Part shown: positions 25,855-32,000 of the stretch, one piece after another
Layout: every line of letters starts with the position of its first letter
Numbering within the stretch: the stretch's first letter is position 1
Source: Psychrobacter sp. HD31
GTDB taxonomy: Bacteria > Pseudomonadota > Gammaproteobacteria > Pseudomonadales > Moraxellaceae
DNA: 32,000 bases
Assembly (NCBI RefSeq): GCF_051097895.1
Contig: NZ_CP142525.1
Span: 1,140,001 to 1,172,000, forward strand
Direction: 5' to 3'
Program-made: the position numbers and the translations under genes
Notes under the pieces: model-generated
Database searches by the model: none
Told to the model about the DNA's origin: nothing
What the model saw: only the letters and a program-made list of their open reading frames with translations

Positions 25855-26748
25855 TTAAATAGCACCACTAAAAGTATCACAAACATTCACATCACCCGTT
25901 TGCAGTCCTTTTTTAAACCAGCGCATTCTCTGTTGACTGGTACCATGAGTAAAGTTATCTGGCATCGCCACCTGACCATGATTATGTGCGATACGATCAT
26001 CACCAATTTGGCTAGCTGCATGCATGGCTTCTTCAATGTCACCAGGGTCTAAAAAATTCGTCAATTTTTGATTACGGTTTGCCCAAACCCCTGCAAAACA
26101 ATCCGCTTGTAGCTCCTGACGCACTGACCACTCGTTTGCCTGTGCTTCTGTACGTGCTTGTTTTTGTGCTTGGCGAACCTGCTTTGATATGCCCAATAGG
26201 TATTGCACGTGGTGTCCTACCTCATGTGCAATCACATAAGCTTGCGCAAAGTCACCCGCCTTACCACGGTTTTCGGCATCGCCAGCCCCTTGTTGATCGC
26301 CTGTTACCCCAAGCTCTCGACGCATATCAGCAAAAAAAGAGGTATCTAAATATACTTTTTGGTCTGCTGGGCAATAAAATGGTCCTGTTGCTGCGGATGC
26401 CATACCACATGCGGAGTTGACTCGACCATTAAACAAAATCAGTTGTGGTTCTTGGTAAGTTCGACCATTTTCTTGAAAAATTTGGTTCCAAATGGTTTCT
26501 GTATCTTTTAAAACAACCGATACAAATTGCGCATCTCGCCCATCATCAGACCTCACCTCAGTCATTGATGCATTGCCAGAGCCACCACCTGTTACAGACT
26601 GCCCAGTCTGGAAAGCTGACATTGGGTTCATACCAAATACCAGCCATAGTACCAAACCAATTAAAATACCACCAATCCCTAGTCCGCCTGCTTTACCACC
26701 ACGGCTAACACGCACATTGGAGCTGCCGCTACGATTTTTCCATTTCAT
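25855..26748 (-). CDS. ypfJ: Neutral zinc metallopeptidase, YpfJ family
   Basis: It is colinear with E. coli YpfJ. Shared segments include GPFYCPAD, FAQAYVIAHEVGHHVQ (HExxH), ELQADCFAGVW and FTHGTSQQR. I place the start at the ATG at 26748 (MKWKNRSG) rather than the TTG at 26772. Confidence 0.92.
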   Translation of the reverse strand: MKWKNRSGSSNVRVSRGGKAGGLGIGGILIGLVLWLVFGMNPMSAFQTGQSVTGGGSGNASMTEVRSDDGRDAQFVSVVLKDTETIWNQIFQENGRTYQEPQLILFNGRVNSACGMASAATGPFYCPADQKVYLDTSFFADMRRELGVTGDQQGAGDAENRGKAGDFAQAYVIAHEVGHHVQYLLGISKQVRQAQKQARTEAQANEWSVRQELQADCFAGVWANRNQKLTNFLDPGDIEEAMHAASQIGDDRIAHNHGQVAMPDNFTHGTSQQRMRWFKKGLQTGDVNVCDTFSGAI

Positions 26749-26971
26749 CGTATTACCTTTATAAAATACCAAAATTGAGTATGTTCAAACTAACAAATTT
26801 AGCTCATTTAATTCTATACATTCTACAACATTATATAGCAATCTTCATGAAATAATATTTATGGAGTTTCTCTATGCCTTGTTAATTTGTAGTCAAATGT
26901 AAAACACTTTGGCAAATGATTAAACTTGTACTAATATGATTGTATTGTCAAACATAAATGGTATCACTGCT

Positions 26972-27331
26972 ATGAATAAAAAATCAGCTCAATTTAAACT
27001 GTTGGCACTATCAACGCTTATTGCGTCTTCTATGGCAATCTCTGCTTGCGGCGCAAAAGATGATGCAGAAACGTCTGCTAAAACTAGCAAAGAAGAAGCC
27101 GTACAAACTACCGAACCTATGCTAGATACTGAAAAACCTGAGGTAATGCAAGCTGAAGAAGTTCCGACTGATGAACAAATCGCAGCCGAGCAGCAGGCTG
27201 AACAAGCAGCGCTTGCTGAGTCAGATAAGACAACTGAAGGTGATACTCCAGAACAAGCTGGCAATGAGGTGACTCAAGCTGAAGCTGAAGCAGCGGCTGA
27301 AGCACTTGCTGCTGCCGATGAGGTTCAATAA
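26972..27331 (+). CDS. Acidic, low-complexity lipoprotein (119 aa)
   Basis: I place the start at the ATG at 26972 (MNKKSAQFKLLALSTLIASSMAISAC, lipobox ISAC). The mature part is rich in E, A, Q and T. Confidence 0.6.
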   Translation: MNKKSAQFKLLALSTLIASSMAISACGAKDDAETSAKTSKEEAVQTTEPMLDTEKPEVMQAEEVPTDEQIAAEQQAEQAALAESDKTTEGDTPEQAGNEVTQAEAEAAAEALAAADEVQ

Positions 27332-27390
27332 CAGCATCAATAAGCAAATAGATAATTGGTTATCACCAGTTACTTACTTAAAACTAAAAC

Positions 27391-27427
27391 AAAAAAAAGA
27401 GGGACTCATCGAGTTCCTCTTTTTTTA
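27391..27427. terminator. Bidirectional rho-independent terminator serving the lipoprotein gene (+) and ihfA (-)
   Basis: The sequence is aaaaaaaAGAGGGACTCatcGAGTTCCTCTttttttt. Confidence 0.8.
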
Positions 27428-27465
27428 ATGTTTATAATGATGCGCTTACATCATATAAAGGCAAC

Positions 27466-27765
27466 CTATCCAGCATCTAGATTTTCATCAACCATCTGGC
27501 GTAACTTTTGCCCAGCCTTAAAAGTTACCACACGACGTGCTGATATGGTGACTTCCTCGCCTGTTTTAGGGTTACGCCCAGGGCGTGGACGCTTATCTTT
27601 TAATTCAAAATTACCAAATCCAGAAAGCTTTACCTCATTACCTTCAATTAAACTTTGTGACAACTCTTCAAAAAAGTTATCAACCAGTAAACGCCCCTCT
27701 TGATGCGTTAGGTTTAATGAATGAACAATATGCTCAACCATGTCTGCTTTTGTTAACGTAGCCAT
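27466..27765 (-). CDS. ihfA: Integration host factor alpha subunit
   Basis: The segment LSGFGNFELKDKRPRPGRNPKTGEEVTISARRVVTFKAGQKLR is diagnostic. The AGGAG Shine-Dalgarno lies just after the pheT stop codon (2 nt downstream). Confidence 0.95.
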   Translation of the reverse strand: MATLTKADMVEHIVHSLNLTHQEGRLLVDNFFEELSQSLIEGNEVKLSGFGNFELKDKRPRPGRNPKTGEEVTISARRVVTFKAGQKLRQMVDENLDAG

Positions 27766-27777
27766 TCTTTTCTCCTA

Positions 27778-30216
27778 CTAGCTATCGCGTAATACAGCTT
27801 GATGCTGACTTTCTAACGCCTGAACTACTTTATCAGTTATATTATTTACCACTTCATCAGATAAGGTTTGGTTGGTATCTTGATACACCAAAGCAAAAGC
27901 TAATGAACGTTGACCTTGTGGCACATGCTCACCTTGATACACATCAAACAACCATGTATTGGCAAGCAAGTTACCAGCTGATTCACGAATCGTGGTTTGC
28001 AAGGTTTGCCATTCGATGTCTGCATCTACCAAAATAGCTAAGTCACGGCGCACTTGTGGGAACTTACTTGGTGTTGCAACTGGGTTCTTTTCACGTGCCA
28101 CTTCGGCAAGTGGGTTAGTTGCCAACTGTGCTACCCAAACGGTTTGTGCTTTTTGTAAAGGCAAATCAAGCGTTTTAGCAACACTTGGATGTAACTGCCC
28201 CAACCAGCCTATCACTTTACCATCAAGTAATAGGTTTGCACTTTGCCCTGGATGTAAAAATGCCAAGTCAGCACGTTGGTAGCTAATGCGATTAGGTGAT
28301 AACTCGGTAGGTAATAACTGCTCTACATCATGCTTTAAGTCATAAAAGTCCATTGCACGATTTTGATAGCTGCTATCTGCTTGCTCTGGCTCAACATCAC
28401 CCACGGCGACAATCGCTATACTTGGTGTTTGCACCAACTCACTTACACTGGCACCAACAAAGGTTAAGCCAGTTTCAAAAAAGCGTACACGGCTTTGCTG
28501 ACGATTTAAATTATATTGCACACAAGGCAATAAGCTAGACAGCATCGTACGGCGCATGACTGCCAAATCACTAGAAATTGGGTTAGCCAAAGGCAATACT
28601 GCACCCAATTTTTCATCATTTAAAATATTTTCTAGTTTTTCATCACTAAAACTAAAACTAACCGCTTCCATGTAACCTGCATCAACTAAATTGAGTTTCA
28701 TGCCATGCAATAAATCGGCACTGTCATCATAGTTCATGTCCGCTTCTAGTTTTGGTAGCTGGTTTTCGATATTATCATAACCATAAATACGAGCCACTTC
28801 TTCTACCAAATCTTCTGGTAAGCTCATATCAAAACGCCATGTTGGCGGCGTGCATTCAAACGCATCGCCTGTTTGCTTAACTTCGATACCAAGTTGAGTT
28901 AAGATACGGGCAATTTCATCACTGCTAATATCGGTACCCAAAACGGTATTTACTTTATCAGTAGTGATGCTTATTTGGCTAGGCTGTGGTAGTTTGTTAA
29001 TATCTTCTACCGTGGTAATTTGCCCAACTTGGGCGCCAGCAACTTCTACCAATAGCCGGGTAGCACGCTCAAGCGCAAGTTTAGGTAAGTCATAATCTAC
29101 CCCACGCTCAAAACGCTGTGAAGCGTCTGTATGTAAACCAAAACGACGGGCTTTACCCGCAATGGTGATTTGATCAAAATGGGCACTCTCTAGCACGATG
29201 TTTGTGGTAGCGTCTATTACCGCTGTGCGTGCGCCACCCATAATACCAGCTAGGGCAATCACACCCTCATCATCGGTAATAACAAGCTCATCGCCTTTTA
29301 GGGTAATCTCGTCATCATTTAGCAAGGTTAACTTTTCACCTTCTTTTGCTAAGCGAACGCTGATATCGCCCACCAACTTATCTGCATCAAAGGCGTGCAT
29401 TGGCTGACCAAGCTCCATCAATACATAGTTGGTAATATCTACTAAAAAGTTATGAGTGCGGATACCTGACTGTACCAATACATCGCTCATCCATTTTGGC
29501 GTCGCAACACTGCGGTCAATATTTAATACTGGCTGTGCTAAATAACGAGGGCAAGCATCGGCTGACTCAACTTTTACACCTTGGTTTGCATCGCTAGTGA
29601 TTGCAGGTGCTTGTATGTTTGGCGCATTCACTGGCATGTCGTTAATAACTGATATTTCACGGGTTATGCCACGCACGCTAAAGCAGTCACCACGGTTTGG
29701 CGTGATAGAAATATCCATGATTTGATTATCTAACCCTAAATATTCACGGATGTCTGTCCCTACTGGCGCATCTTCTGGTAACTCTAACAAGCCGTCAATG
29801 TCGTCTTCTAAATCAATTTCTGATGCACCGCAAAGCATGCCAAAAGACTCGATGCCACGTAGTTTGCCTTTTTTAATTTTAAAAGGCTTTAGCACACCAT
29901 CTTTGTCAGCAATAGGAGGTAGTACCGCACCAATGGTTGCCAATGGCGCTTTTAAACCCACACGCACGTTTGGCGCACCGCAAACAATTTGTACTGGTTC
30001 TGCTTGCCCAATGTTTACTTTGGTTACACGCAGTTTGTCCGCATCTGGGTGTTGCTCTACTTCTACAACCTCACCAACCACAACGCCTGTAAAAGGCTTG
30101 GCTACGCTAAATTTGTCGTCTAACTCTAGCCCTGCCATGGTTAGCTGCTCTGCCAACCCATCGCTGTCCACGCTTGGGTTAACCCACTCACGTAACCAAT
30201 TTTCACTTATTTTCAT
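27778..30216 (-). CDS. pheT: Phenylalanine--tRNA ligase beta subunit
   Basis: It is 812 aa, with the N-terminal MKISENWLREWV, the tRNA-binding, B3/4 and B5 domains, and a typical C-terminal anticodon-binding segment. Confidence 0.96.
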   Translation of the reverse strand: MKISENWLREWVNPSVDSDGLAEQLTMAGLELDDKFSVAKPFTGVVVGEVVEVEQHPDADKLRVTKVNIGQAEPVQIVCGAPNVRVGLKAPLATIGAVLPPIADKDGVLKPFKIKKGKLRGIESFGMLCGASEIDLEDDIDGLLELPEDAPVGTDIREYLGLDNQIMDISITPNRGDCFSVRGITREISVINDMPVNAPNIQAPAITSDANQGVKVESADACPRYLAQPVLNIDRSVATPKWMSDVLVQSGIRTHNFLVDITNYVLMELGQPMHAFDADKLVGDISVRLAKEGEKLTLLNDDEITLKGDELVITDDEGVIALAGIMGGARTAVIDATTNIVLESAHFDQITIAGKARRFGLHTDASQRFERGVDYDLPKLALERATRLLVEVAGAQVGQITTVEDINKLPQPSQISITTDKVNTVLGTDISSDEIARILTQLGIEVKQTGDAFECTPPTWRFDMSLPEDLVEEVARIYGYDNIENQLPKLEADMNYDDSADLLHGMKLNLVDAGYMEAVSFSFSDEKLENILNDEKLGAVLPLANPISSDLAVMRRTMLSSLLPCVQYNLNRQQSRVRFFETGLTFVGASVSELVQTPSIAIVAVGDVEPEQADSSYQNRAMDFYDLKHDVEQLLPTELSPNRISYQRADLAFLHPGQSANLLLDGKVIGWLGQLHPSVAKTLDLPLQKAQTVWVAQLATNPLAEVAREKNPVATPSKFPQVRRDLAILVDADIEWQTLQTTIRESAGNLLANTWLFDVYQGEHVPQGQRSLAFALVYQDTNQTLSDEVVNNITDKVVQALESQHQAVLRDS

Positions 30217-30289
30217 AATTTACTCTATTGTTTTGTTTAACTTTTAATTTGTTTAACTCTTCAAAAAATCCACTTAAAAAATAACTTCT

Positions 30290-30895
30290 TTAATCTGTTC
30301 TTAACCAACCTTGTTCTACCGCATAATTAATACTATTTATAAACCATGCATAAACCTCTAAGTTCTCATGCTCTATAAATGCATGCATTTTTAATACTTG
30401 GTCTTTATGGATATTCATATCCTTCCAAGCTTGACCTTCACTTGTCATGTTATGCAAAAAGGGCAAAAGTCTGTCCACTACCTTTAATAGTTTGGTTTCT
30501 TTACTTGTCCCAAATTCTTGCTCGTCCCATAAACTTAGTAAATTACTAATATTGTTGCCTTTATGGTTAGCTAAATTTTCAATACTTTCTCTTTCGGCAA
30601 TGTGAGCATTGCTACGATTTTCACTATATAAAAACGTATCCCCTGCTTCCATTTCGCCAAGGTCGTGCACCAATGCTAATTGGATTATTTTGCCAATGTC
30701 ATAATCCTGACCATCTTGTTTATTAAACATTTCTGCAAACGCCCAACACGCCATTGCCAAATGCCAAGAATGCTCAGCCGAATTTTCTACTCGCTTTCCA
30801 CCATTAATGTAAGTTTTACGATTAACCGACTTTAACTCATCAAGTTTAAATAAGAACTCATTTATCTCGGTTAAGCGTTGCGAATTTTTTAACAT
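30290..30895 (-). CDS. HD-domain phosphohydrolase (HD_3, YfbR/HDDC2-like; possible 5'-deoxynucleotidase)
   Basis: The H...HD...D signature is present: NSAEHSWHLAMACW and LALVHDLGEMEAGD. The gene looks AT-rich compared with pheT. Confidence 0.75.
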   Translation of the reverse strand: MLKNSQRLTEINEFLFKLDELKSVNRKTYINGGKRVENSAEHSWHLAMACWAFAEMFNKQDGQDYDIGKIIQLALVHDLGEMEAGDTFLYSENRSNAHIAERESIENLANHKGNNISNLLSLWDEQEFGTSKETKLLKVVDRLLPFLHNMTSEGQAWKDMNIHKDQVLKMHAFIEHENLEVYAWFINSINYAVEQGWLRTD

Positions 30896-30954
30896 AAACT
30901 TTACGATTTTTGCTCTTTAATTGATATTTGTAATATCTTTTACCGATACAATTA

Positions 30955-31290
30955 TCAAAATTTATCTTTAATAAAAACAAAAATCGACAACCCTGCCAAA
31001 ATAATACCCCAATGTTCCATTGGTATAAAAAATAACGAGTGTTTATCTTTCATGATAACTTCTTGACCAGTTTCTTTATCAATAAAAACCTTTGCTTTAC
31101 GAGTATTTAGCCAATTTCCTAAAAAGCCTGATATTAAGCCTGCAAGTAATAAAGCAATTGCTAATGGTGCTGAATTTTCTTGGTAATAGGTTTCACTACC
31201 CATCATTTTCTCACTGAACCACTCTAAAAGAAAAGAACACCCAAAAGTAATAACAGCGACTAAAAAGCCCCAACCGTTCCAAATAATCAT
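30955..31290 (-). CDS. Small hypothetical membrane protein (111 aa, about three transmembrane segments)
   Basis: It has hydrophobic segments GWGFLVAVITFGCSFLL, LAIALLLAGLISGFLG and GIILAGLSIFVFI. It is co-oriented with pheS and pheT. Confidence 0.6.
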   Translation of the reverse strand: MIIWNGWGFLVAVITFGCSFLLEWFSEKMMGSETYYQENSAPLAIALLLAGLISGFLGNWLNTRKAKVFIDKETGQEVIMKDKHSLFFIPMEHWGIILAGLSIFVFIKDKF

Positions 31291-31423
31291 AAATTTTCTC
31301 TACTGTAATGTTATCAAAAATCCAGTCAATCCTATCATCTATAAAAAATTCAAACAAAAACACGAAGCTGATATAGCCTTGGTAGTAGCAAATTGTCGCT
31401 GCTCTAATCAACAGTTTATTTTC

Positions 31424-32000
<577 letters not shown>

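Overview
The window looks gammaproteobacterial. The 16S sequence and protein set suggest Moraxellaceae, but that is an inference with no search behind it. Positions 916-14104 hold two complete rRNA operons on the minus strand (16S, tRNA-Ile-GAU, tRNA-Ala-UGC, 23S, 5S). They form near-identical 5.8-kb direct repeats, each with two consensus-like tandem promoters and a terminator after the 5S gene. The 1.6-kb spacer between them contains one AT-rich 414-aa ORF with an Rx4H (RHKVAH) motif and sequence features reminiscent of a Swt1-like HEPN RNase. This is my top candidate for something new. The rest is mostly housekeeping: menA, a UDG-superfamily glycosylase, upp, a DUF4212 plus SSS symporter pair, an RluA-type pseudouridine synthase, trxA, rho, ypfJ, ihfA, pheT and partial pheS. 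Two conserved syntenies are interrupted. A second, unrelated Rx4H (RNILVH) orphan plus a PF06189-type 5'-nucleotidase sit between trxA and rho. A small membrane protein plus an HD-domain hydrolase sit between pheS and pheT. I saw no CRISPR array, transposase, integrase or phage gene. All family calls come from reading motifs by eye and need HMM or structure confirmation.
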